A program made the position numbers and the translations under genes. The notes beneath the pieces were generated by a model. It was not told the origin of the DNA, did no database searches, and worked only from the letters and a program-made list of their open reading frames with translations. A DNA stretch of 64,000 nt, taken from positions 100,444-164,443 of the forward strand of contig CBFDEM010000019.1 of the NCBI GenBank assembly GCA_965603825.1. Direction: 5' to 3'. Position 1 is the first letter of the stretch; each line of letters opens with the position of its first letter. This document shows positions 1 through 12,527 of this stretch, piece by piece. Source of the DNA: Blepharisma stoltei ATCC 30299 (Eukaryota > Protista > Ciliophora).

Positions 1-2
1 TA

Positions 3-281
3 AAAGTGGTCCCACTTTTTAGGATTCTTGATGGCGCTTCTAAAAATGCAATTGATTTTGTATCAAGTTTACTGCAGTATTCGCCTAGTGCAAGACCTAA
101 AGCATTAGAGGCATTGCTACACCCTTGATTTGATGAATTGAGAAACCAAAATTGTAGGCTGCCGAGTGGGAATCCCCTGCCTGATATTTTTAACTGGACA
201 AATGAAGAAAGAAATTCTGTGAGCCCTGATGTTATTGAGAGATTGACTCCAAGCTGGTATCGTATTGACCCTAGTAACTAA
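3..281 (+). CDS. GSK3/shaggy-like kinase, C-terminal part (5' truncated by window)
   Basis: Frame 3 reads ...AIDFVSSLLQYSPSARPKALEALLHP(TGA=W)FDELRNQNCRLPSGNPLPDIFNW...ERLTPSWYR..*. This matches the GSK3 tail (LLQYSP..R..ALEA..HPFFDELR..N.RLP.G..LP.LFNF). TAA at 279-281. Confidence 0.85.
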
Positions 282-1184
282 TAATTACAAAAATAATTTT
301 CATATATTAATTATTTTTATATACAAATTTTATAAAATATGATAAAAATGATTATTATTTTAAGTCCTAAGCTAAAAATATCAATTAATTATTAGAATAA
401 AATCATATGCTAAAATTTCTATAAGGATATAATATATGGTGAATTTTTTATATTTTTAAAGCACAAATTAAAGAAATAATATTTATAATCTTTAAAAGCC
501 CTTAGCAATACTGCAGCAGGAATTTCACTGTATTACCCAAACATTTCCTATATTTTTCAAGTTAGAATCCAATTTATCAAATATTCTACTCTTTTCCATA
601 TTTTTACTAAAAATTCCAAACCCTAGATTAAGTATAATAATATTTTGACAATTTGATTTTGGCATTTCCATTCTGTAAATCCAAGGAGCAATCTCTGAGA
701 CAAATGCTATTGAAAAAGTAGCAAATAGCCTATCAATCTTCAATATAGCTATTAATTTTCTATTAAATACAGTATGAGGGACTTAATTCTTCACCAGCAA
801 TTCTTAATTAATGGATTTCTGTTTGCTATATATTGAAAACCAAGTCTTCAATAGGAAAACACATATTGGGTAAAAGCAGAAGTAATCTATAAAAATTGAA
901 TTTCATAAATCAATTATCGTTTTTAACCTAATTCAATTATTATAATAAATGTCAAAATGTCAAAATTATTGCAAATAAAAATGATTGAGCTATTATGTTT
1001 CATTAATTCAATATTTAGACTCGTATAATAAAAAACTGCCAATTAATCTTTGAACAATCAAATAATTTAAAATACATTTTATATTTTATAGAAGACAATG
1101 CTTAAGTGAGATTATTTTAATTAACGGAGAATATTAATTAATTTAAAAAGGCAATTTAAATTATTGAACTATTATAATTTACTA

Positions 1185-2306
1185 TTAGCCTTTACGTGAA
1201 ACTGGTTCATCATATTCAACCCTCGAGTCGTCTGTAGAATTAGGGATGTCTTCGTTATAGTAATAATCAGCAAAAAGTGACTGAGTAATTTCATCTTTCA
1301 GTAGCGTTTTGCAACGAATAAACGATTCATTATTCACATCTCTATTGTACGAAATTTCTAAATTCTTTCTAAAATTCGCTGAGGTGGCTTTCGGAATATA
1401 TGGAGCTTTTAATGCCCCATTTTCGAGTTTTACTCAGTCAATATCGGAAAACCATGGATGCTTTTTTACTTCATTTGCCCCATGATATCCAAGCCTATTT
1501 CTTGGATTCTTCTGTATAAGCTGTATATAAATTACCTTGTTTACTAAATCAAGAATGTCGCTTGATCAACCTTTTGGAAGATCACTTTCTTTTAGTTTGA
1601 TTTCTTCTTTCATTTTCAATGAAATTTCTCTTCGATTAGCACCTTCATAAGGCCTTTCCCCGGTTATCAATTCATAAAGAATGATTCCGAGGGAATAATA
1701 ATCGGTCGCAATCGTTTGTTGTTCATAAGAAATCATTTCTGGGGATATATAGCCAATTGTGCCTTCAATATGGTTGGCATTTTGATCCAAAATATTAATA
1801 GCTGTTCCAAAGTCTGATAAATGGAGATATCCATTACTGTCGAATAATAAGTTTTCAGGCTTTAAATCTCTATGGATAATATTCATCCCATGAATATATT
1901 CTAAGCTTCTTATTATGCAACAAATTCAAAATTTTACTACTTTTTCCGAAATAGCTTTTTTTTGAGCCAAATAAAATCTCAGATCTCCACCAAGCATTAA
2001 ATCTAATACTAAATATAAAAACTGGCTATCAGAAAATGCATAATGCATGCTCACAATAGTTGGGCTATGAAGTGTGCTTAAAATTTTTTCCTCATTCAGC
2101 ACATCATCTATGCTCCTCTTAGCCAAAATTTTTGCCTTTGACATGACTTTTACCGCAAATTCTGTATTTGATTTCGTGTGAAGAGCTTTTCAGACTTTTC
2201 CAAACGCTCCTTTGCCAATTACATAATTCAATTGAAATTGGCTTCTAGAGACTGTTAAAGGTCCGTCATTTGGCTCTTCATGAGGGCTTCTACAACAATT
2301 TCCCAT
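1185..2306 (-). CDS. AGC-group Ser/Thr kinase, N-acylated (MGNCC), paralog 1
   Basis: With TGA=W, the ORF fragments 1926-2144 and 1566-1886 join: GKGAFGKVW, AVKVMSK, HRDLKPEN, DFG, GTIGYISPE, RLGY..HPWF..I.W. 15-nt intron at 1521-1535 (GTAATTTATATACAG). TAA at 1185-1187. Confidence 0.9.
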
Positions 2307-2593
2307 TTTAGACAAAATTATTATGAATCACACCGCTGGCCATTTTAAACGTTTATGACAATTTTGCCATTAAAAATGCTATCCTTAAGAAATCCGAAAA
2401 TAATAATTTTATTTTTTTTTTGCAAACTTTCAAAGGATAATTATAAAAATAAAAGTTTTATATTAAATCCATGCCTGAAATTTAGCGCAATAATTTTTTA
2501 TTTGCTCTATAATAATGACATTTTTATGGAGAATTTGATTTATAAAATAGCATTTCTTATGGCCTTTCTAACTATTATATCGTTTTATTTTTA

Positions 2594-3166
2594 TTATATA
2601 GATTTTTGAGTTATATTCAAATAGTTCAGCAGCTCAAACTCTTCAAATCTGTCCCTAAAGCACTTATCTAAATTATTAAGTAAAGGGAATAGTTCAATAT
2701 AAAGATGCCAATAATAATTTTCTTCATAGCTCAAGAACTCACAATTTGTATTATAATAGTCTAATTCTTGGTCGCCCTCAGCAATGCTGCAATATGAATT
2801 CCCATCAGTCGCACATACACATTTTCTATGCTTTTCATTCATAAGCTCACAATTAATGTCCCAATGGCATCGAATAGGATGCTCTTGTACATGCTTTGAC
2901 CAAATATTTCGAACCCCACAGTTAACAGACTCTGAATACGTTGGCACTTTTTGTTTTTCGCATAATAATTTTCCTTCCATTTGCCACACTCTTTGGATTT
3001 TTAATTGCAAAATTGAGCAGCTAGTTTCTTCTGGACAATCTTGAGAATTTACTAATATAAGATCATTTGTCCACAAAGCACAAATCCCTGTTGGCAATTC
3101 TACGCATTTTCATACAGGGCATGCAAAAAGCAACAAAAACAAATTAAAAAGTATTATACTTTTCAT
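2594..3166 (-). CDS. Secreted cysteine-rich protein (heterotrich Cys-rich family)
   Basis: ATG at 3166 gives the signal-peptide-like MKSIILFNLFLLLFACPV(W)KC. Many Cys; CVCATDGNSYCSIAEGD resembles the motif in the 19409-20485 gene. Confidence 0.8.
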
Positions 3167-3175
3167 ATTTTACCA

Positions 3176-4273
3176 TTAAATCTTATTGGAATTTATATCA
3201 ACTCTTGAAACATCAGTAGACGCTGGAATTTCACAGTTGTAATAATAGTCAGCAAATAATGATTGCGTGACTTCATCCTTTAATAAAATTTTACTCTTTG
3301 CGAGAGCTTCCATATCGATATCATTATTAAATGACAATTCAACTTGCTGGCTGAAGTTTGCTCTAGTAATTTTTGGAATATAAGGAGCTTTTAAAGAAAA
3401 ATTTGCAAGCTTTTTTCAATCAAAATTGGAAAACCATGAATGGTTTTTTGCTTCAAAAGACCCATTATAGCCTAGTCTATTTTCAGGGTCCTTTTCAAGC
3501 AGTTTATTGACAAAATCAATAACATGACTAGATCAACCGGCTGGGACTTGACTTTCTTTAAGACTTATACCTTCATTTATTTTCTCCTCGATTTCTTTTA
3601 AGTTAGTCCCTTCATAAGGCCTAGCACCCACAATAATTTCATATAAAGTGATTCCAAGGGCATAATAGTCAACCGCTTTAGTTTGGACATCTTGGAAAAT
3701 TGTCTCTGGAGCTATATACCCTAAGGTGCCTTCTATATATTTTGAATTTTTGTTGCCCAAAATAATGGCTGTACCAAAATCAGATAAATGCAAATACCCC
3801 TTTTCGTCAAATAATAAATTTTCAGGCTTCAAATCTCTGTGGATGATATTTGCTTCATGAATAGACTCAAGGCACCTTATGGTGTTGGCTATTCAAAATT
3901 TCACTATTTTTTCGTCAAAACGCAATTTTTTAGATAAATGATACCTGAGGTCTCCGCCTGGCATTAAATCTAAAACTAAAAAAAGGTTCTGGCTATCAGA
4001 AAACGCATAATGACAATTCGTGAGCGTTGAACTTTTTGCAAATTTCAGGATTTTTTGCTCGTTTAAAACTGTACTTATACACTTTTTGGCAAGAATTTTT
4101 GCCTTAGACATGACCTTTATAGCGTATTCTGTATTGGAAGCTTTATGGAGAGCTTTCCAGACCTTCCCGTAAGCTCCTCTACCAATTATATAATTTAACT
4201 GAAACATGTCTCTGGTGACGGTAGAGTTTACTTCGGTTGATTCTTCATTTGAATTTCGGCAGCAATTTCCCAT
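3176..4273 (-). CDS. AGC-group Ser/Thr kinase, N-acylated (MGNCC), paralog 2
   Basis: Fragments 3893-4273 and 3533-3832 join via TGA=W. Full kinase motif set; clearly homologous to 1185-2306; no intron needed (1098 nt); TAA at 3176-3178. Confidence 0.9.
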
Positions 4274-4644
4274 TTAAATTTTATGATATTATAGAGAATT
4301 TATTTTCAGCACAATTCAAGAATCAACAGAATATAATATCCATAAACAAAAATGGGATTATATTAAGAAATAAGTCAGTCAAAATCATTTTAAATTAATT
4401 ACTATGAAATTTTTTAACGATTATTTAATTATTTTTTGGCAGAAAATAATAGAAATATAATTTTTATTTTTGAAAATAAAAGTTAAAAAATTTGATATTT
4501 TATGGAAATTAAATTGTAAAAATATGCAAAAAATGCTTAATTTATTGAAAATTTTATTATATTTTTTATAAACTCAGTTATGAAAACTTCGTATCTTTTT
4601 TCATATTGTGAAGATCCGTATCCTGCTTGCTTTATAATAGTCAA

Positions 4645-5553
4645 ATGCACAGAAAAATTGTTTCAAATGCCACCAGTGAAGCCGCTCTCTATAAATCGCC
4701 TCGCAAATCCCGACGAGTTTCAGTTGGCTCCATATCATCTCCTCAATCTTCAAACTCCCAGTCCTCAAAAAAAATCACCCCAGGCGACCACGTCCAAGTC
4801 CTCAATACTTATTCTCAATCTCCTAGAATTTTTATAAAAGCTTCCAATAACACCCCAATAACCCTTCACATTCAAAAGCCGGGCATAATTACCACAACAA
4901 AAACCTATGTATTTGAAGCCGCATCCCAATTAAAAGAAATTTCGAATAACATGAAATTCCCCTGTGAACAAGAACTTCCTATTGTATCAGTATTTCCTTT
5001 TGACGATAAGCCAAATGAGTCTGCAGAGTCTTCCTCTGTCAGCTCGATTTCTCTAAATCGCACTTCTGCACCTCTAGCTCCATTATCCCCTATAATTTGC
5101 CGAATCTGCCTTGATTCTTCTAAACAAGAAGATTTAATTGCCCCTTGCAAATGCAATGGGACACAAAAATACGTCCATCAAGAATGCTTGAAATTGTGAC
5201 TGCTTCATAGTGACAAAGATGAAATGGAGCTATCCTCTTGTGAACTATGTAAATGTCCGCTAAAAATGAATTTTCATTATTTAACGACGTGCAGCCCATG
5301 TGGGAAAGAACAAAGCTGTGTCCCGTGGCTTGCGCTATTTGTGGCATTATTTTTTATGATTTTTGTAAGTGGGATGTTTTATTTATTTTCATGCAAAATT
5401 ATACAAGATAAGACTTTAGTTATGACGCTGGGTGTTATTTTTTCGGTTTTTGCGGTTTTATGTCTTTTATTAAGCTTTGGAAGTGCTTTGGAGTCGTGCT
5501 TTGAAAGAAGGGTTGTGGAGTGGGATATAGAAAATCAAGATTTTAATAATTAA
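4645..5553 (+). CDS. RING-CH (MARCH-type) membrane E3 ubiquitin ligase
   Basis: CRICLD...LIAPCKCNGTQKYVHQECLKL(TGA=W)L...CELCK is the C4HC3 RINGv signature. It is followed by two hydrophobic TM segments. Confidence 0.9.
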
Positions 5554-5559
5554 ATAAAT

Positions 5560-8500
5560 ATGACAGAACTTGTGTTTAGAATTGACTATAACGACCAAGA
5601 AGCTTGCTTAGAAGCAGCCAAACAAATAACCAAATATATGATGAGCTACAAAGAAGTGCTAAATAGATACACAGAAGGATGTAACTATGACACTGCAAGT
5701 TCTTCAGAGAAAAGGCTGCTATTAGAGCAATTCAGCAGTTTCTGCTTGCTAATTATCCAATCTTGTGTAAGCGAAATTGAATTATTAGAAGACGAATTGG
5801 ATAGTTCAAAGTTGTATAACGACGACTGCCAAAAATTAATTAAAGAGTTAGAAGACGCCAGGCAACAAATTGAAAATTTGAAATCATTGAAGATGCAGGA
5901 CAAAACTCCTAAGAATTCTGATATAGAATTGCATCAGAATTCAAGAGAAAAATTAAAGTTATCTACGATTAGCTCGAAAGAAGCTGAGGTAGGAATAACT
6001 ATGAGGTCGAATCAATTCAATGATCCTATAGAAACGGCTATTGTATACCAATGAAGTTCTACAAGGATTCAAGCTGCATGAAGAGGATATGTGATGAGGA
6101 AACAGTATTATGAACTTTTAAACGAATATATTGATCAGAGTAGAGCCATTCCTACTCAAGTCTCTGACGAAGATATTATGAAAATAGCCTCAAATTCTAT
6201 TAAAACTAAAAATCTTACATTTGAGCAGTGCTTTCGGGCAATTGACAAAGACGACAAAAAAGTCATCTCATGTGATGATTTTATTTCTTTTTTGGAAAAT
6301 CTGAGGCTATGCTTAACAAAAGCTGAAATTTCGAGGCTGGTTTTGATTTTTGATGAAGAATGCAAAGGGAAACTAGAAATTCAAGACTTTTATGATATTT
6401 TGGCCGCTTATAAGGTTGAGACTGAAAATCACCGAGTGATGAGCAAGCCTGTAGAAGTCGATGCTTTAGCCAATTTTATGAAATTCATAGAAAATAGAAA
6501 ACTAAGCCCAGAAGAAATATTTGAAATTATTGATACCAACAAAAAAAACCTAATTCTCAACGAAGATTTAAAAAGTTTCCTTATAAATATTGAATCAAAC
6601 CTTAAGCAAAGAGAAATTGCTTCTATAGTAAGGATACTTGATCCTCATATGACTGGAGAAATTACAAAAGACACCTTCATGAAAATCATGAATAAAGGAA
6701 ACCAAGCTGTAAAAATTGAAAATTTAATTAAAACAAGAAAACCCAGGACTCGTTACAATTCAGACGGAAAAAAAGAAAAAATTAGCAAGCCTAAGAAAGA
6801 TAAAGATATTAGAAGACTTATTAAAAAAATAGAAGAAAATGGTAAAAGTGTATCAGAGTTCGTAAAAATTTTACAAAAAGAGAATAAAGGGAGAGTTGCT
6901 ATACAAGTTTTTTCGAAAGCACTAGGCTCTGTATTTCCTTCTATAAAAAAAGAAGAAATTATCAAGCTATTAAGCTTCTTTGATTTAGATAAAGATAGTA
7001 TGATTAGTATCAAGGATATTGAAAACTTCTTTATAAACCATGCGTCAAGCCACAAATCGACCAAAAAGTTATTTAAAAAATTAGCCAAAAAAATACAGGA
7101 GTCAAATACCCCAACCCTTGAATTTTTTGCAAATGAAAAAATAAATGATTTTATGGACGAAAAACAGTTTATAGAAGATATATCAAGAATTTTTAAACTT
7201 TCTCATGAAAAATCCGAACTTTTGTATAATTTTTTGAAAGTTGAAGACCTGGATGGTGTTCCCATTAAAAGTTTAGCTGCTTATATTGACTCTTATAGAT
7301 CTGACTTGCAGCTAAATGAATCAGAAATAGAAAAAGCTGCAAAAGAGCTTCTAGAGACTTCTAGAATTATGCCAGGAAATGCAGCTGAAGAACTAACAAA
7401 AATATTCAGCACATTAAAACTTAGCCCATTAGATGTCTTCAAACTAGCTGACAGGCAGAATAATGAAAAAATTGGCATAGGAAGTTTCACCAAAACAATT
7501 CTAAAACTTTTCCCTAAAATCAACGAAAATTTATTAAATAGAGCAGTAAAACTTTTCAAAGGGCCAGTGATAACCCATGACGAGATGATATCTAGATTTG
7601 ATATCGAAATTGAGCCTGAAGAGCCATCAATTGACTTTTCCAACTTATCTGAAGATCAAATCAGAATGTTTAAAAAATTAACCAGCGCTTTTCTTGAGAC
7701 AAGCTTTACTCCGCAGACTTTTTTTATTAATGCTGATACCGATCATGATGGTAGAATCAGTACAGCAGATCTCATTGGAGCTATGAAAAAATTATTTTCC
7801 CCAAAAATCCTGTCAAATGCTGATATAAGGGCTATTAGTGAAGCTTTCAAAATTCATGTAAATGAGACTATATATATTGATGAGTTTTTGAAGCTTATGA
7901 ATGAAGTCAAAACGGAAGAAGAAAAAATAGAGTTTCAGCCATTAAGCAAAATTGAAGAATCCTCTATTAAAATTGAACAAAAAATCCCCACGGAATCTGA
8001 AAAAGACTCGGCGAAAAGTAAATCAGAAAGCCTCAGCAGAGGATCAAGGCCAGCTTCGCATAGCATGAAATTCTTTCAAAGCACGTCACGAAGAAGCTCA
8101 AGAATATCGTCGATTGGAAGCGAAAAAATTATTAAACCACTAAAGCTTAGTGAAATCCAAAATGAAGCTCCTGCGAAAAAGTCTGAAAGTTCTTCATCTT
8201 CAAGAAAACCCTCAAAAATTGATGCAATAGAAAACGTATTTTATCAAAACAGGAAGCCAAAAAAAGAAAAAACACCAGATAGCACTCCAAAAATGCCAGC
8301 TGAGATTTTGATCCAAAACAACGATCCAAAAGCACATAATGATGTTTCTTTTAGGTCTTCTGGGAACACATCAGATGCAGCATCACAAAAAAGGCAAAAA
8401 ATTCGTCCAAGAATTTACTATTCTCAGGATTCTAGCCATCCCTCATCCCCTAATTCTGAATTATCCTCCCCTTTACGATCTACAGAATCACTCCAACAAG

Positions 8501-11019
8501 AGCCTATCATGAAAGTGGCTAACTATTTAAATGGAGAGAATGATAAAAAAAGACCTTTAATGGCTGAAGAATTTTATGAGTCACTGGATGGGATGCATTG
8601 GCATGTTATTACAAAAGCCCAATTAAAGATGTGCTTAGACAAGCTACCTTTGTCGCTATCTGAAGACGAAAAAAATATTATTTTAAAGATAGCTGACTCA
8701 AAAAATGAAAATAGAATTTATAGTGAGGAATTTGTAAAATACTTGAGATCATTAAAAAGCAAAGTTCTTGAAAGACAAACAAGCCGAAAAATATCTAGAA
8801 GAACAAGGCCACCTGAAGTAAAAGACTTGAACCGCAATTTAAATGATTTTCCTGAAGACTCATTAGACAGCGCTATATTTAAGCTAAAAGACTACATAAA
8901 AACCCACCAAATTTATATCACCTCAATTGAAGCCACTTTTCAAAGACTAGACGAAGATGGCATTGGAGCCCTCAAGGAGCCAGATTTTATCCTCGCAATT
9001 GACAGACTGAGAATTGGGATCACAGAAGCCCAAATGAACAAATTAATTGAGTTCGCAGATCCCAACCAAAGCGGGATAATAAATTACGTCAATTTCATCA
9101 AGATGATTTCCAGCTATGAGTTCAGAAGCCTCCAAACAGTATTAAAACCTATTGAAAAAATCAAAGAAATAAAAGAAACTGAAGAAGAAGAAAAATATGT
9201 ACAATCCTCAGCGTCTTCAAGGAGTATGAAAAAGCAGCTTGTAAACCCTATTGAAGAAATACAGAATTATGTGCTTTCTGATGTAGATTTTTTTACAAAA
9301 ACGAATGATGAGTGAAGAACGATTTTGAATAGTGAAATTGCAGCACTGAAAAGATGTGCAGAATTGATAGAGTCGTCAAGGAAAAAAAAATTCATTGACC
9401 CTGATTTTGGTCCTGAGCAAATTCAAGATGGGGCATTTTGTTTATATTGGACAGGAAGCCCACCGAATAGTAATTATCCTCCAGCTGATGAGCTGACGTG
9501 AATTTCTCCTTCAAAATTCTTGAAATCAGCAGTCTTCATTAATGGAGGAAGCAATAAAAACACAGTCATACAAGGCTCACTTAGGAATTCCTGGTTTCTT
9601 GGAGGCTTAAGCATTGTTGGCCAGCAAGAAGAATTCATCTGTGGCTTCTTAAAAAAGCTTGAAAAACCTGACCAAATAAACGTAAATACAGTCCTAGGGA
9701 TTTCTAAAGGCACCTATCCTCCTATCTTTCATGCATTTGCCAAAAAAGGACTCTACGTAATCCGTGTAGAAATCGACAGGTCTTCAAAATGGGTGATTAT
9801 TGATGACAGAATCCCAATGTACGCTAAAGATACCAAAGATCCACAATATATATTTGGCCATAGCTCAGATCCCAATGAGCTATGGATAAGCTTAATAGAA
9901 AAAGCATATGCAAAACTATATGGCTGTTATGAAGCTTTAAATGGTGGACTGCTAGAAGACTCGTTGCACTTATTAACCAAAATGAATGTAGAAAAAATAA
10001 AAATATCAGCACGTGAGCTCTCACAAGATAAAATTAAACTAGATCAGTTTTGGACGTTACTTAAAAAATGCAAAGATGAAAAACTGCTTGTTGGCTGCAC
10101 TATTGATTCAGAAATAAATGATGTTGTTATTGATGGAGAAATTACTGGATTAATTGGCCAATATGCCTATGCAATTGTTGATATTTTGTTTGTAAAAAAC
10201 CCTCGGGCAAAAAATTCAAAAAAAAGACATAGATTGTTAAGGCTAAGGAATTTTTGGAATGAAAAGGAATGGCAAGGAAAATGGAGCCGAAAAAGCGAAG
10301 AACTGCAAGAATTTTTTGGGATTATTAAGCCTGAGCTGGATAAAAATAATGAAGAAGCGTTTGATATTAACAGATATGATGGCACATTTTTAATGAGCTT
10401 TAAAGATTGGAGATCGATATTTAGCCATGTGTATATATGCTCAAATTTCAAGAAGCAATGGGGAGTCCAATTTCAAGGGGATTGGACATCAGAAACCTCT
10501 GGTGGGGTTCCTATGGATAAAGAAAACTCAGTACTTTGGTCACGGAATCCTCAATTTATATTAGAATTAAAATCCAGATGTGAAATAACAGTACTTCTAA
10601 GTCAAGAAGACTGCCGATACATGAAAAATTCAGTGTTTCCATTCGACGGGACAATGAAAACTATATGTTTCTCTATCATGAAACTGAGCCCAGAAGAAGA
10701 ACATGCTAATTTGTTTGATAAAACAAAAATTGTTTATTTATCAGTTTTAAAACAGCACAGAGAGGTCAGCTGCAAAATCGACATCCTACCCGGAAAATTC
10801 GCTATTATTCCAGCCACACTCAACTCAGGAGAGACTGGGAAATTTTGGCTATCAATATATTCAAAGTGCGAAAGAGAAAAAGTGAAGGTTTACAGCTCCT
10901 CAGACCCTGAAAACGTCGGAGTAGAGATAGAAAACGAAGAAGAAGTCCCAAAGGAGAGCATCAGCCCTTCAATTATCAATGATCTACGCGAGCTAGTAGT
11001 ATATCTCAATTCAATATAA
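5560..11019 (+). CDS. Giant IQ-motif + multi-EF-hand + calpain-like (inactive CysPc + domain III) protein, about 1819 aa
   Basis: One frame once four TGAs are read as W. IQAAWRGYVMRKQY (IQ motif); EF loops DKDDKKVIS, DEECKGKLE, DLDKDSMIS, DTDHDGRIST, DEDGIGAL, DPNQSGIIN; calpain motifs FIDPDFGP, WVIIDDRIP, ELWISLIEKAYAKLYGCYEALNGG, RLRN.W..EWQGKWS, GDW...GG, NPQF, IIPAT. Confidence 0.9.
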
Positions 11020-11034
11020 TATGATAATATTAAT

Positions 11035-12372
11035 TTATCTACCATATTTCCCTTGCATGATCATGCTGCCATAGTCAGCCAAGTTTTTCTCATTTTGGCT
11101 TAACGATCTTATCCTTTCGTCATTTCTCTCTCGATAGTCTGGCTTATAAGCTAGGCTTGTATCAGGACTTGGGCCTTGATTAGGGGTTGCTTCGTTAGTT
11201 TTAACATAGGAGCTTGCTAGCTCTGGGGCAAGTCTGGACTGGGAGTTAAATGCTGATGCATACATAGCTGGGGACTGCTGAAGTATCGGAGACAAGAACT
11301 CTGGGACGTATTTTGACGTATCTTTTAATAGTCCAGTAATCGGGTTAAATATATAAGGCTTTGGGCTTTTTTTGGTATATCTAGGAAATGAAGTAGAATA
11401 CATTGACTCTGCTTCATAAATTGCTTTTTGGACGTTATCACTTGGAATATTTGTCTGAGAATATGCGGGGGATAAGGATGAGCTCAAATTACGATTTGAA
11501 TATAAATCGTTTTTCTGGCTTATTTGGTGTTTCAGCATTTCCTGAATTTCTAAATTTTCCTTATACTCTTTCGCTTTTCTCTCTTTTTCCAGCCTTTCAA
11601 AGTACTCCACTTCTCTGAGTTTCCTTAAATTTTCAAGTCTATTTTCTATTTCTTTTTGCCGCGCCATGGCTTCTAATTGTCGCTTCTGGTCCCTCGCACT
11701 CATTTGGAAGCTGATTTCTGAGCTGGATCTTTTGTTTTCTGTATATTGGGGCTGATAAGGCTCATTCGGAATTTCTTTTGGGATATTTTCATTAGCTAAT
11801 GGAGTTGTTTCTGCTGGATTTTGATATAATTTCAGCTGATTTTCTTTTTGTTTTAGCTGCTCTTTTAATAACTCGATTTCTTGGTTATATAAAGCGTCAA
11901 GCTCATTATAATCCTGGCCGTTCTCTGGCTGTTTTTGTACCTCTTGAGGGACATTTTCATATTCCTGGCTGTTTATTTGCTGGAATTTTGGCTCGTCATA
12001 ATAGGCTCTGTTTTCTGCTGGGTTTTCTCAAGGATTATTCCCTACTTTTCTTTGATATGATTGCAGCAGTTTTTCTTGGTATGTCTGCGACTGGTTTTGG
12101 TTACTGGAAACGTTTTTCTGAGGGGACTGAGTAATAATTTCTGGCTGCTTAAAATAGCTTGCAGCTGGATAGTCATAATTCCCACTATCTTTTCTAACCT
12201 GCACATCTGTGACCATCCCTTTTCGGTTATAGGCAACATGATGGCTTTGCATATTCTTATGGACGTCAAATCTTTTCCTGCCAAACTTTGGCTCTAAGTA
12301 GTCCTAATTGATATTTACGTCTACGAGGAACGATTTGCTAGTTGCAGTATTATAAACCCCGCTGCCTTCCAT
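11035..12372 (-). CDS. Hypothetical Q/E-rich coiled-coil protein (about 440 aa)
   Basis: ATG at 12372. The 15-nt intron 12304-12318 (GTAAATATCAATTAG) removes an in-frame TAG, and TGA=W at 12028-12030 joins ORFs 12028-12252 and 11035-11703. Confidence 0.75.
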
Positions 12373-12527
12373 ACTTTGCCACTTAATATTCCATTAAAAT
12401 CAGAAGTCTTTAACTGCCTCTATTGAAACAATATCATTTTTAAATAATTTTGCCTTTGAATATTAATTTCCAAAGAAAAATAGGCCAAAACATTGCAATA
12501 AATATCTGATGAAGTTTTCAGATATAA

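Noticed and set aside
525-743. 72-aa minus-strand ORF
   Set aside because: TTG start, broken upstream frames, no recognisable domain; at most a degraded fragment.
2355-2609. 84-aa hydrophobic ORF
   Set aside because: AT-rich intergenic DNA giving F/I/L/K/N-biased translation; overlaps the end of a real gene.
6156-10451. Multiple minus-strand F/S/L/I-rich ORFs (similar ones at 35022-35801 and 36965-38605)
   Set aside because: Antisense shadows of K/E-rich coding sequence.
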